Source: Microthyrium microscopicum
Taxonomy: Eukaryota
DNA: 64,000 bases
Direction: 5' to 3'
Assembly: GCA_010405405.1 (NCBI GenBank)
Contig: MU004237.1
Coordinates: 1,251,345-1,315,344 of the forward strand
Shown here piece by piece: positions 25,525-38,081 of the stretch. The position numbers and the translations under genes are program-made. A model generated the notes under the pieces. It saw only the letters and a program-made list of their open reading frames with translations, had not been told where the DNA came from and did not search any database. Position 1 is the first letter of the stretch; every line of letters begins with the position of its first letter.

Positions 25525-25845
25525 ATTCTGGCCTAGAAGCTTAGAGGTACCGAATATCATGTGCCACATGTTGCTGGATATGGCTGAAGCTTGAAGGTTC
25601 AATTCTGCTGGAGCATAAAGCATGGTGACGTGACATGCAGCGGCTCACGCAACTGTAATAAACGTTCTGATATTCGCACTTTTGATGGGTAATTGAGTGT
25701 CAAGTAAGTATTTGAAACCAACTAGCAACAGCATCGCAATGTCGCACCGACTAATGTAGACCACTGCTTATACCGCAATATGATTATTTATACCGTTGAC
25801 AGGATTGTACGTAACGCCTGATTCATAACTCGTGAAAGGAAACCC

Positions 25846-28800
25846 CTATTGATCCAGTGCTTGCGCTTGACACTAAAAAAGCATTAGCATTTGCCAGTCC
25901 TATGTATAAGTTCAATAAACTCACCATTTGATAATAAACACCACGTTTTGAAACCAGCTCCGCATGGTTTCCTACCTCCAGAACTCTGCCTGTGCCCAAA
26001 ACGAATATTATATCTGCTTTCTGAATTGTTGCAAGACGATGAGCAACAGCTATTATAGTACTGGACCCTGCAATACTCTCTATCGACTGCTGGACCTGTT
26101 TCTCGGAAGTTGAGTCCAAATTTGAGGTAGCTTCATCAAGAAGTAAAAGTCGTGGTCGTCGAAGTAGTGCTCGTGCCAGTGCTATTCGTTGACGTTGACC
26201 TCCACTTAGTCCCACTCCTTTCGCACCGACATTAGTAGAATAACCTAAGAGAACAATTAAAACACGGGTCTTTGCAACATTTTCTGGAGAGAACGAACCA
26301 TCTGGTAAAGAGGACACGAAGTCATGAATCTGAGCTGACTTGCATGCGTCTTCTACCGCAGCTTCGGTTGCGCCTGACGATACAGAGAGAGAGACGTTCT
26401 CCGTGATTGTGCCTGGAGATGATATTAGATACATGAAAATGAAGATGGATGGTAACAAATACCGTCATAAAGCGTTGATTCCTGAGCGACTAATGACAAA
26501 CCTTCCCGATATGAAGGTGCGTCGATCTTGGAGATATCGATATCATCCACCATAATACAACCACTAGACGGATCATAGAATCTAGATCTGGTGAGCACTT
26601 TGACATAGCCATAAAAAAGTGTTTTCTGAACCGACCTTTCCAGAAGACTGATAAGAGTGGATTTTCCACTACCTGAAGCCCCAACGAATGCCGCAAACTG
26701 GCCGGCTTTGATCTGTAATACATTAGACTGGATAACAACTTTTGCCTGGTTGAATGTACCTTGATGTTCACCCCATGAAGAACAGGGGAATCTCGACCTT
26801 CGTATGTAAAGTTGACGTCTTTGAATTCGACACTGGCGGGTGAATCTGATTCTGGCATCTTTTCTCTAACCTCATTATCCATCTTCGAAGGTCTGACACT
26901 GAGGATTCGATTTCCAGCTGCGGTGGCTTCTGCAATGCTTTTACTATGTCAGCATTTTCCTAAGAGGCTCCACTTCCGAAAACATACTTTGGAGCCATTG
27001 AGAACCACATTCCTGCTGCCATACTACTCTATTCGACCGTCAGTGAAATTTCTTACACCTCTTTCATCGCGTTGAACCTACTTGTACAACAGCCATATAT
27101 ATTATGAAGAACTGAATAGTGTTGTATTCGCGGTCGGCAAGAAGTCGACCTCCATACCTGCGAGTTTGTTAGCTGGTGCAACGTGCTTTATCTGACAGAT
27201 CTTACCAGAACACCAAGGCCTGGCAAAGCATATCAACGCTATCTGAGAAAGCAAAAACAAGCGTCGAGTATCTGGCTTTCCGAAGTGCTGTCGAAACATG
27301 ATTTTGTAATAGAACGTCAAATCTATTGGTAATGGAATCCTCCATGATCAATGCTGTGACTGTTCTGAACGCACTTATAGCTTCGGATCCAAATTGCGCA
27401 GTTTCGGCGAATACTGCAGCGTTAAGAGCCTCAAAAGCACTCTCAAGCTTAACTCGATAGTACCCAGCGATCAAGACGATTGGCATAACGGCCATGACAC
27501 CGACCAATGATAACTTCCAGCCAAAGACAAAGGAGATTATGACACTGCCAAGGATACCAAAGATTCCAACTAGTTCCATGCCCATCTCGTAGCCTAGAAG
27601 GCCTTGGATGTGAATGGAATCAATTGATAAACGAGCGGTGAGAGTTCCTGGGGAATTTATTCCAGAATCGAAAAATGAAATTGGTTGGCGAATGATGTTC
27701 TCAAGGTATTCCTGTCGATATCCGGATGCAACAACCTGAACTCAGATTAGAAGGGAAAATGGCTCGGGAGGAAGATTTATCCTACCGTTGAAATAATAGT
27801 AGAAGTCCAACCAAGTAACAAAAAGCCGGCGCCTGCCCAAAAAGCTAGAGCGACAAACATCAAAGCCCAGAAATTCCCTCGTTTTCGAAGTCTATCTTTG
27901 GGAAGTGTGAAGACTCCAACAACCTTAGCGAAAAGGAATGCTTGAAGAGGGTAGATAGCTGTGAGGCAAGTTAGTTTCTCTACAATCACAATTTCGTTAC
28001 TGTGGTGGGAAAAAGAACGTACTTCCGGCTGCCATTGCCGCCCCAAGAGTCAAAGTGAACAAGATCCAGTGCTGACTTTGTTCTGAGACCAAGAGAGTAA
28101 AAACTCGAAGAAATCCAAGCTGTTTGGGTGCAGCCTGAGCTGAAGCAGTATTTACTGGACTCCCAACGGGTGACGCCGTAGTCACTGCGGTTTGGTCCAG
28201 TCCAGCAGTACTCATATCGTTGGTAACTGTAATCGCATCGTCATCCACATCTTCAAGTGTGTTGTCTCCAGATTCAACTGCTTGAGCGCGAACAAGAGCA
28301 GTGTATACTCCTTCTTGATTTAGCAGGAGCTGATCATGAGTACCTTCTTCAATGACATTTCCGCCTCGAAGCACTGTAATCTTGTCGGCCTTTCGAATGG
28401 TTGACAGTCTGTGAGCGATGACAATTGTGGTACGAGTTTTGGAAACACGGTCTAGAGCCATTTGGACAATCTTTTCTGTTCTAATATCAATGGCAGAAGT
28501 TGCTTCGTCGAGTATTAAGATCTGAGGTTCTTTAATGATGGCACGGGCGATAGCAATCCTCTGTCTTTGTCCTCCACTTAACATCATTCCACCTCCTTCT
28601 CCAACTTTGGTGTCGTAGCCTTGTGGTAGTTTGGAAATAAATTCGTCAGCGTATGCTTCTCTACAGGCGCTGTGAACCATGGATCGCTTTTCTTCTGGTG
28701 AAACATTTTCCAGCTCAGTTCCCGCCAGTCCATTGGATACGTTACTATAAATAGTGTCATTGAAAAGAAAAGGCTCCTGCTGTACCAGTCCGATGTTAGA

Positions 28801-30536
28801 TCTCCACCATTTGACATCCAAGTGATCTATTGATTCTGTGCCAATGAAAATTCCAGAAGCTGCGCCATTGTTTACATCGGACAGGAGCGGTTTCTCAGTC
28901 TGAGGAGACTCGTTTGTTTCTTCGATAATGGGATTAGGCTGGTACCATCTTTCCAAAAGTCCAACGATCGTGCTTTTTCCAGATCCAGAAGGGCCAACAA
29001 TTGCAGTCGTCTTTCCCTTTTCAAAACGGACATTTAGTTTATCTAAAATGAGGGCGTCTGGGCGAGATGGGTATGTGAAACTAACGTCTCGGAACACAAT
29101 GTCGTTATTGATGTCCACGTCTTTTCTTCCAGTCATATCCGGAACTTTGGCATCAATTACGGCGAATATTTCGGCAGACGCTGATGCTGCTCTGACCATC
29201 TGGATCATGGGGTTGTAAAGTCGATAAACGCACAAGACTGCCCAGAGTACTGAGAATAGAACACTTTGAAGTTAGCATTTGCCTAGAGATGATGGTTAAA
29301 TCCTTACACTACGCATGTCAGCTTTAGAATCAATCTATTTATTTAGTGAAAAGGAACTTACCGACGATTGAATTGACTCCGTCGATTTTCCCACTGGTAT
29401 ACTGTTTGATTCCATACCAGAACGACAAAGCAAAAATTGCATATGCAGCTACCATCATAGGTGCCATCATAAGTCCCATCACGGGAGCATTTTTTCGATC
29501 AATAGCTGTGACTCTCTTCATAATCTCCCCATGCCTTGCAGAAAGCTTTGCGCCAGCACCAAACGCCACGATGATTCGGATCGAGCCAAACATCTCGAAT
29601 GCGAGCATCGAGGCTTGATCTTTCACGACTTGAGCTTCACCCCAGAGTTTGTACATCAGGGGAACGGCAATTCCATAGGCGATGAGAACGACTGGAACTG
29701 AGCATGTTGCAACTAGTGTAAGAATTGCGCTTTTGGTAAACGCCACGATGTATAAACCCAATGTAAATGCGATAGCTTGAATGCCAAGGGCGAATTGCTG
29801 GGAAATTCCTGATTCGATCGTGTTGGAATCGGTGGTTAGTCGATTGGCAACTGCTGCTGCAGATACTTGATCGATGGATCCGACAGGTTGTAGAAATAAT
29901 GCTCGCAAATAAGCAAGTCTCAATCGAGCTGATATCCTCAGTCCACTGACTCGAACTGTGATCTACTGGCAGTTAACTCTGAACATCCGGTAACGATGGT
30001 GTAATTGCCTACCATGGAAATGTAAGAAAGAAAAAACCTTGCGATTCCCAAGTATACCATATACAATCTAGTCTGTTTGTGAGTATTTCAAGATGCAAGT
30101 CCAAATGCATGGCTTCTTGATAGTGGCTTACGTGTTTTGATTGATCCCATGCATAAATCGCTCTTTAGTAACGTTTGAACCTGGAGTGAAATACGCTGTA
30201 AAGTCCCCTACAAGTCTCCCGAAGACTAGAAACATGAGAGGCATGGCAATACCGGCACCAAGAGCAGTTAAGAGGCAGATCAACATCATGGTATAATCCA
30301 ATTTGTCTCCAGTCTTGAGCAGCCTCTAAGCAATATGTTAGCATTTGCTCCTCGCATAGGCACGAAATATGTTTCTTGAAACGTACGATAAAGTTTCCCA
30401 TGTTAGATGGCTTCTTAGGAGCTGCTGGGGGAACCTCAGCAGGCTTGGCCGCCTGACTGGCATTTGATGTTCTTGACTGCGAGCCATTGTCCACCACTTC
30501 ATGAATTGATAGCTCGGTTTTTGGTTTGCTGTCCAT
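25846..30536 (-). CDS. Full-size ABCB (MDR/P-glycoprotein) transporter, multi-exon
   Basis: TMD-NBD-TMD-NBD layout; Walker A GPSGSGKST and GASGSGKST; two LSGGQRQRIA signatures; LDEATS Walker B; many GT-AG introns; ends CQAQALDQ*. Confidence 0.93.
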
Positions 30537-31808
30537 GTCGTCCTGGATAGCGTGAAAGCTACTTGACTTTGAAATCCTGGAGTCACTTGCGCAGCGATAT
30601 TGGAACCGGACAAGTGAAGTAGCGATAAAGGAAGAGGCGAATTCATTAGGTATATCGAAGGGAAAGCTAATCAATCTGGTACAAGCGACTATCTTATGTT
30701 GGTTTACAATGTTATATTACTATACTCCAGAACCATTACTTTGGGCATGGTTCAAGATGCACGGAGAGGCAAACTTAATGTTCTCCAACCATACTACTTG
30801 ATATAGCTTAATCAGTTGCCGATTTATTATACATTGAATCTTCAAGAAATGAACCCTGGAGTATTCAAATGCCCTGGATCTGCCCTGGGATTAGACGAAC
30901 TAGTTGTACCTTTACCCCAGAGACCATCCTATCGTCTGTGAAGATCCTTGAACTTTGAATAACTAACAGTGTGAGCTTGAGGGCACATTGGTCTTAATGT
31001 TGAAATAATTTATGAAGCTCTGGTACAGCTTCCTAAGCATGGGAGTTTTCTGCCTTTTTGATAGGCCCGAATACTCTGGTCTTACCCAAGCTTCTGGGAG
31101 ATCCTAAACGAGTTTACGTATGTCTATTTAGAAGCCCTATTTCATAGGTCAGTCAGAATACTGCCCAACAGAAATAATATTGGTGATTGTGGTTGAAACA
31201 AAGCGTGTTTCCGGGGAAATCTTCACCCATCGCGGTTCACTCGGTACGGCTTCAACTCACCCAATGGTCAAAGGAGAGTTATAAGGAGAGTTATACCACA
31301 TGGTGAATAGATAGCCGTCGCTGCCGTCTTGTCTTTATTGTTGTTACTCTTCACTACAGGTCACTAATGATAATGTAAGCAAAATAGCTTTGAGATACCG
31401 AGCAAATCAAAGCTATGTTCCCTTCTGGACCGCCAGAATCACAGTGGCAGCCTCCTGAAGTTCTGTTAAGTCAATCAAAATCGGTCCATATTTCATGAGG
31501 GGTCGATACTTGTGGATTACATGGAGTGACAGAGCTACAGCGAGTGCGGTTTCAGCTAGACGCGCTGTGTGATAGGGTTCTCCACCACAGTGTAGAGTAG
31601 TATCCGAGAAGTCGTAGAAATTGTTAGGTGGAATTGTATGCCAACTGTAAGTGTGCTTTTTGAATTGTAAATTATAATAATCCAAGTTGTAATCATGAAC
31701 TTCGCTGCAGGGTAAACTCCAAGCTATGTACAATGTTCAATGTTCATGATGCTTTCGCCATGATGCCAGCCCAATATGCCATTATCCGTAGTGTATCAAG
31801 TGATCGTA

Positions 31809-32297
31809 TCAAACAGCTGCAACGCCACCAGCTAGTAAGCATATAAGAGCCCAGCCAACGAACATTTGACCCCATAAATTCCCTCCTGACGCTGAAATGG
31901 CTGAGGTTCTTCCAGCTCCACTTGTGCCAGTTGATGTTGGACCAGGTGCCACGGAAGAGGTGAAGTCCGCGCCTTCTTTGTTGCAATGGATACCTCCTGA
32001 ATATCCAGGAGACATTTGACCCAGGTTGAGAAAGAGACATTGATTGACGGCATTCAAAGTGAGACCTTTGACCTCACAATATACTCCACAGTTGCTGTCG
32101 ACTGTTTTGATCGTAGCTGTATCGCCGCAACATTTTTGAAGAGCTTGATATGAACCGGAAGATGCTCCTATTGCACATGCTGCGTCTTTGACCGTCGAAT
32201 TAAAAGTGCTAAGCCATTGCGATGAGGTACAGGAGGTTGAAGTAGCGGTTGGAATTGGTGGTGCTGCCAAGCTCGTAGTTGTTGACGCTTGTGACAT
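31809..32297 (-). CDS. 162-aa Cys-rich protein with Ser/Thr tail and hydrophobic C-terminus (GPI-like signal)
   Basis: DAACA...KCCG...NCGVYC...QCL...IHC domain with C-terminal MFVGWALICLLAGGVAAV. Confidence 0.72.
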   Translation of the reverse strand: MSQASTTTSLAAPPIPTATSTSCTSSQWLSTFNSTVKDAACAIGASSGSYQALQKCCGDTATIKTVDSNCGVYCEVKGLTLNAVNQCLFLNLGQMSPGYSGGIHCNKEGADFTSSVAPGPTSTGTSGAGRTSAISASGGNLWGQMFVGWALICLLAGGVAAV

Positions 32298-33251
32298 GAT
32301 GCAAAGGGTTTTTAGAGCGGTATTGACGGTACGGTACAGATGCGCGGAAATGACAGATGATGACTTTTATTTGGAAGTCCTAAAGTTGGAGCTGAAGACA
32401 GGTAATTGAATATAATGCTAAAACTGGGACTTTTAATGATATATATGCCTGGTGTATCAAAGCACGCAGTATGACGGGCTTGCGGGTGAATATGTGTCAG
32501 CCTCATCGGCCGGCTCCACGCTGCTTCTCCGACTGCAGGAGCACAAGGCTGAGCTATACAAATGTGGATTTTGGCCTTACACGAGTAGGCATTGTTAACC
32601 AATCATTGTTCCGAGATGGGTTTCGGGGTATTCAATGCCCTGTCTAAATCTGGCTTACGCTTTTTTTTAATGCAAGTGGAAATATTTAAAGTTCTATTTC
32701 GTGTTTGATCAAAACAAACATGTTGTGATCAAAATGAACATGTTGCCATACACATATATCTAGCGCAGGTGTACTGTTAGTCCTCTGGCAGGAAGTTTTA
32801 AAGGTTGAGTATTCAAGCTACCAACTTCCATTCATTTTTGGTATCAAAAGACTGAAAGTAAATATGAACAATGGAAGCATAGAACTGGGAAAGAGCAGGA
32901 ACTCATGGTGTTCGAACACTTCGTCCTCTACGGACTGGACTTGAGCTGGCCCCCGGTAAATCGCATTGGGCCTGAACTTATGCTGGATAAGTTTCCCTTG
33001 GCAACTCACTGGAACCAAGGCAACAAGGGATTATAGACTGCCCAAAGGGATCGTAATGACGAGTATCATAAAAGCAGAGTGAATGAGATTGTTGGATCTT
33101 GAACATAGACACAAGCACAACAACTAGAAAAGCTTACTGTTAATGTACTGCTTTCCGAGACAAACATGGACTCAGGCACCGATCGGTAGCATACTTATTT
33201 AGATTTAAGCCTCAATTATCTAGACAAAGCCATTGAGTAGAAGGAAGAAGT

Positions 33252-34534
33252 CTAGGCCTTGACCGCTGGTGCACCTGCAGGCATTCGTTTAAGCCCTGTA
33301 AAACATCGTCAGCATATGGTTAGCTATGAGATCAACAAACTTACAGCCATCGACTTGTTCTGGGGCTTGTTGAGGCTTAGTGCAAGCACTGTACTTGTCA
33401 GGCCTCTGGTAGTGAATTCCTCCTTTCGGACAATCGCGATCGAGGTTACATTTCGCGTCCATTGCTTTCTGAAGACTGTCACCTTTCCAGCCGAAAATGT
33501 AATCCCCGTGGGCTGAAGCTCCATCTTGGTGAGTGCTGTATTGGAAGGGCTTGGAGCCATCTGTTGGCCAGATGCTCTTGTCGGCAAATTCGGTAACGTT
33601 CCACATCAGTTCGTACATTATTTGGGGAAGTCGGACTGGATGGCTGGCTGGGCAGGCTCCTCCGCCTGAAGCTCCACGAGAGCCACCATAGCTGACATGG
33701 CTAGCATGATCTGCGCTATCGAGATTCTTGCCATCCCAGCAGCTAGCGATCTAGGTTAGATCATGTCAAAAATATGTAAAGCGGAGACTTACTGTGGGAA
33801 TATGACTGTCTGTCGGATCATTTTGCACTTTGGATCCGCAGGTACATCCATACTATCGCTACCTGTGCAAGGTGCGCCACCAACGAATTGATTCTCGTTG
33901 GAAGATGTCCAGCATCGGTTGCAAATATTTCCTTTGTTTCGTGTAGTGTCCTTGTTGTTTGGAGATCCAGCAATCATTCTGAATCCCTTTTTGAAAGCAG
34001 TAACTTTGCCTTGGGGGATATAATAGAGATCAAGGCCGCCCTTATTGACAAGTTTTCCTTGAGGACCTCCATTTCCGACCTGGGGAACACGAATGTAATT
34101 GCCATTCTTGTGTTTGAAGAACATTACGGCGGTCCCTGTTTCATGCTTTGATTAGTGTTATTCCATCTGGTGGTTATCACTCGAAGTCAATGTGTTATAT
34201 CAGGAAAAGAAACCCGAACAAATATCAGGCGGAAGATTGTGAATGGCATTTTCAACTCGGAGACGCGGGAAGTTGACTTACAGTAATTAGACATGTCTTC
34301 CTGGAAGCTGCAAGACGTGCAGGTTGAAAGCTGTGCGGGATCCTGAGCCGGGTCCATCGTAACGTTGAAAGCATTGCCTCCAACAATTTGATGTAGATGC
34401 TCAGTGTATTTCTTCCCTGGATCCACGAGAGGGTCGGTTCGTTCCACTACTAGCTGCGAACATGCAAAACGAAGCATGCTCTGGGCAGCAGCATGTTGTG
34501 CCACAAGAGTGGCTGCTAGTAAAGTCCACTGCAT
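33252..34534 (-). CDS. Secreted DUF1996-family protein, multi-exon
   Basis: Signal peptide followed by MLRFACSQLVVERTDPLVDPG...HLHQIVGGNAFN...STCTSC..EDMSNYW; also GFRMIAG, FP.CWDGKNLDS.DH..H and HGDYIFGWKGDSLQKAMD. Confidence 0.9.
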
Positions 34535-35550
34535 AATGAATGACTGAAGGTGAGGTTGGCTCCGTGGATGACTGAGATTAACGAATGTGGATGGAGAGAC
34601 AAGTGATTATAGGAGAGCGCAAGCTTGGGTGATATGGTGTTTCTACGGCCTATAAGCACACACGCTATCTATTTGTTGAAATGCAGGATGCTCTGGACGG
34701 AAAAAATGGCTACTAGGTCAAGGCAATCTAATCTATGCTAAGATTCTTCTATTCCTCCGTTCAAGTTAGTGGCATTGGTTGTTGATAGGGAATAACATGG
34801 TTTGTAAATCCTAGAAGCGTGCCTTGGTTTCGTTCTATTTCGAATATGAAAACATAGAGGATCACTAGATTTCAACAAAAAGCATAATGGAATGACGAAC
34901 ATTACTGGTGGATTGAAGAATACTCGGTCTAGCTTTCGGAGGAGACCTGGTTGGGGGAACCAAAGTTTGATATAGATTAATCAAAACAATATTATGATCT
35001 AGGATACTCAGCCCATTTGCTTTGGGCCAAAGATTAGCTGTAGTAGACTTTGCAATCTGATTCAGTCTAGACATCATATGTTGTAGCAAGATATATTCAC
35101 ATTGTGAAATGAGCATGACAAAAGTGCCCCAACGAGCACTGCACTGTTTTATAGTCAGCAGGCTGTACGACTTCTCATACCTTGATGTCTGGGATCAATG
35201 CCTGATACCTCCAAAACCCTTGGTGAGCCTACGGATTAATCGATAAAGGCGGAGATTGGAAAGAATATATTATGATCAGCATCCATTTCCGATTCCTCTA
35301 CAGTACAGGCCAGCGACCATGCGCCACTCTCGTGATTCTAGAGCACTATGAAAGTTCTTGTTTTTGGTCGTTAATTTGTTTCCAATGAGCAAGCACGTGG
35401 GAAGCATGATCTCAGATACAAGCTTTAGTATCGTGGCAAAGCAGCTGTGTTCTACTCAGAATATAGATCTCTCCCTCGTCTTTGAGTGACTGACAGATTC
35501 GATGTGATATCTACAAACTTTTATACTATATCTTGGGTATCAAGACAGAA

Positions 35551-36981
35551 TCAGAGTGAAGCTTGCTCATAGCCAATGACCGCCTTGGTTTCCAAAAAGT
35601 CATGGATACCGAAGTCACCCCATTCACGACCATTTCCTGACTGCTTGTACCCTCCAAATGGAGCATTGAAATCATTTGCTGTTGAGATCCTGACCTGACC
35701 AGCTCTAATGCGACGAGCAACCTTGGCGGCATGCTTCAAATCACTGGACTCCACACTGGCGGACAGACCATAGACGGTATCATTGGCGATTGCAATGGCC
35801 TCCTCTTCATCTTTGTATGGCAGGATTGCCAAAACAGGGCCAAAGACTTCTTCACGTGCGATAGTCATGTCGTTCTTGACACCACCAAAAATAGTTGGGC
35901 GAATATAGTACCCGCGAGTAAGTCCTTCTGGGCGGCCGGTACCACCAGCTACCAATATTGCTCCGTCCTTTTCACCCGCTTCAATGAGGCCTTGGATCTT
36001 GTTGAACTGGAGTTCGCTTACGACTGGACCAAGCATTGTTCCCTTTTCGAGGGGATTGCCAACCTTGTGCTTGTCTGCAGCAGCTTTTGCGATTTTCAGT
36101 GCTTCATCGTGACGATCGGCTGGTACGAGCATGCGGGTGGGTGCGTTGCAAGATTGGCCGCTATTCATGAAGCAGCCGTAAACGCCTCTGGTTACAGCAG
36201 CTTCGAAATCTGCATCAGCAAGAATGACGTTGGGAGACTTTCCGCCTAGTTCCTGGCTGACGCGTTTGACTGTTTCTGCGGCAGTCTTTGCGACAATGAT
36301 ACCAGCACGTGTGGAGCCAGTGAAGGAAACCATATCAATGTCTGGATGAGCTGCCATTGGTTGACCAACGGAGGGGCCATCGCCGTTGACGAGATTGAAA
36401 ACTCCTGGTGGTACACCGGCCTCATGAAGTACTTCTGCGAAGATGAGACCACTGATTGGTGCGACTTCACTGGGTTTCAACACCATTGTACATCCGGCAG
36501 CAATGGCTGGGGCGACTTTGCAGGTGATTTGGTTCAGTGGCCAGTTCCATGGCGTGATCAAGCCAACCACTCCGACTGGTTCTTTGAGGATGCGAGTGAC
36601 ACCACGTTGTTCTTCAAGTTCCATGCCTTCGAGTCCTTTCAATGTATGGTAGAGATGAGCTTTGCCAGCTGCGGCTTGTGCGTTTCGTGCAAGCTCAATC
36701 GGCGCGCCCATCTCAGCCGAAACGGCCTGAGCGATTTCCTCTAGTCTTTTGTCATAGACCTCAAGAATACGACCTAGAAGCTTCAGTCGGTCGACTTTGC
36801 TTGTCTGGGAGAAGGTGACAAAAGCCTTGCGAGCTGCAGCGACAGCCTTGTCGACGTCAGCGGATGAACCGGCTGAGATTTTGGTGTAAGCTTCTTCAGT
36901 GGCAGGATTGATTACGTCGATAGTGGCGGGTTTGACGGGATCGACCCATTCGCCGTTGATATAAAACTTGGTGTGATCCAT
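35551..36981 (-). CDS. Aldehyde dehydrogenase, intronless, resembling the bacterial CddD/SSP0762-like subfamily
   Basis: ITPWNWPLNQI, KPSE, FTGSTRAG, catalytic ELGGKS and NSGQSC motifs, EEVFGP and PFGGYKQSGNGREWG. Confidence 0.93.
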   Translation of the reverse strand: MDHTKFYINGEWVDPVKPATIDVINPATEEAYTKISAGSSADVDKAVAAARKAFVTFSQTSKVDRLKLLGRILEVYDKRLEEIAQAVSAEMGAPIELARNAQAAAGKAHLYHTLKGLEGMELEEQRGVTRILKEPVGVVGLITPWNWPLNQITCKVAPAIAAGCTMVLKPSEVAPISGLIFAEVLHEAGVPPGVFNLVNGDGPSVGQPMAAHPDIDMVSFTGSTRAGIIVAKTAAETVKRVSQELGGKSPNVILADADFEAAVTRGVYGCFMNSGQSCNAPTRMLVPADRHDEALKIAKAAADKHKVGNPLEKGTMLGPVVSELQFNKIQGLIEAGEKDGAILVAGGTGRPEGLTRGYYIRPTIFGGVKNDMTIAREEVFGPVLAILPYKDEEEAIAIANDTVYGLSASVESSDLKHAAKVARRIRAGQVRISTANDFNAPFGGYKQSGNGREWGDFGIHDFLETKAVIGYEQASL

Positions 36982-37837
36982 TTTGCTTCGAAAGAGACGA
37001 TTCAGTGATCGAGAAATATGGATAAGGCGTGGTAGAGAGTGACGAGTTTGATAGAGTCTAGAAGCAATTTTGGAGGGGATTTCCTACGTCAAATGTAGGG
37101 CAGTGATCTGCTTACCGGTAGTAGACAAGGGATCAGGATCTGGGGTTAGTTGCTGATGTGAGCTCACAAGCTCAAATAAAGTTGGGGTATGCATACTACC
37201 TCGGGTCATGCTCTCTCTAGACTTTGCAGCTCCAAAGCTACCGACAGCTGCACCAGCTTGGTTCCTTGCAGTCAACAGGTAAGCTTATAGGCTCAAGCAG
37301 CTAGTCTTCAAGCAGCTAAGCCGCCAACTCACTTGTATGAAAAGCCAGAGCAGACCGCAGCCGAAAAGTTCCATTAATATACCGAGGAAATGGTGTTTTT
37401 ATGGCGTCTGACTTCGATTGTGAATAAAGAACTCAAGAAGATATCGTTCACTGCCGAAAGTAGAGCTCCGATGGGAACAAGTCTTGTTGAGAGACCTGGA
37501 TGAATTGAAAAGATCCGAACAAATGTATGATATCTCTTTTTCGTTGCCTCGCTTCGCGTGTTGAACGGCAAATACAATTTCAATAAGCAGTCAAGTTCCT
37601 AACTTCCGTTGGGGTTGTTGAAACCCCACAGCCATCCTGTTTCAAAGAAAACCACTAGGACGAGGCTCTCTATACATATCATTAGGCTTTGATCGGTACA
37701 TTAATTTCAAGTCCCTGCATGTATTTCTATAAACGGTCGCATCGCAGGGCGAGACACCGTTCAGGAAACTCCCATTTCCCAAGACAACAGAAGCCCAATC
37801 GTCTGAGATTTACCGTGCTTGTGTACTCAGAAGAAAG

Positions 37838-38063
37838 AGGTCCGCTTAGTCTGTGAAAGCACCGCCATGCCCTTTCGGGGATTACCCAAGGTTGCGGCGA
37901 ATTTTTATACATACTTCCAATGCAAATAAAAGTCGTATCATAGTCAAGGTAATCTCCAAGACTTGATCCAATGATCATTCGTGAAAAAAGTAAAGTATAA
38001 CAGAGCGTCGAAACCTCGGGTGATCCCCGAAAGGGCATGGCGCTCGTTCACAGTAGGGGACCT
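37838..38063. repeat. Long imperfect inverted repeat (predicted RNA hairpin) directly 3' of RNase III gene A
   Basis: 20-bp perfect core at 37863-37882 / 38023-38042; 29/31 match over 37863-37893 / 38012-38042; gapped complementarity continues both outward and inward. Confidence 0.85.
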
Positions 38064-38081
38064 AGATAGCGATCAAGTCAA

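Noticed and set aside
32706..32745. 20-bp near-tandem duplication TGATCAAAA..AACATGTTG
   Set aside because: Only two copies and no spacers; simple slippage, not a CRISPR-like array.
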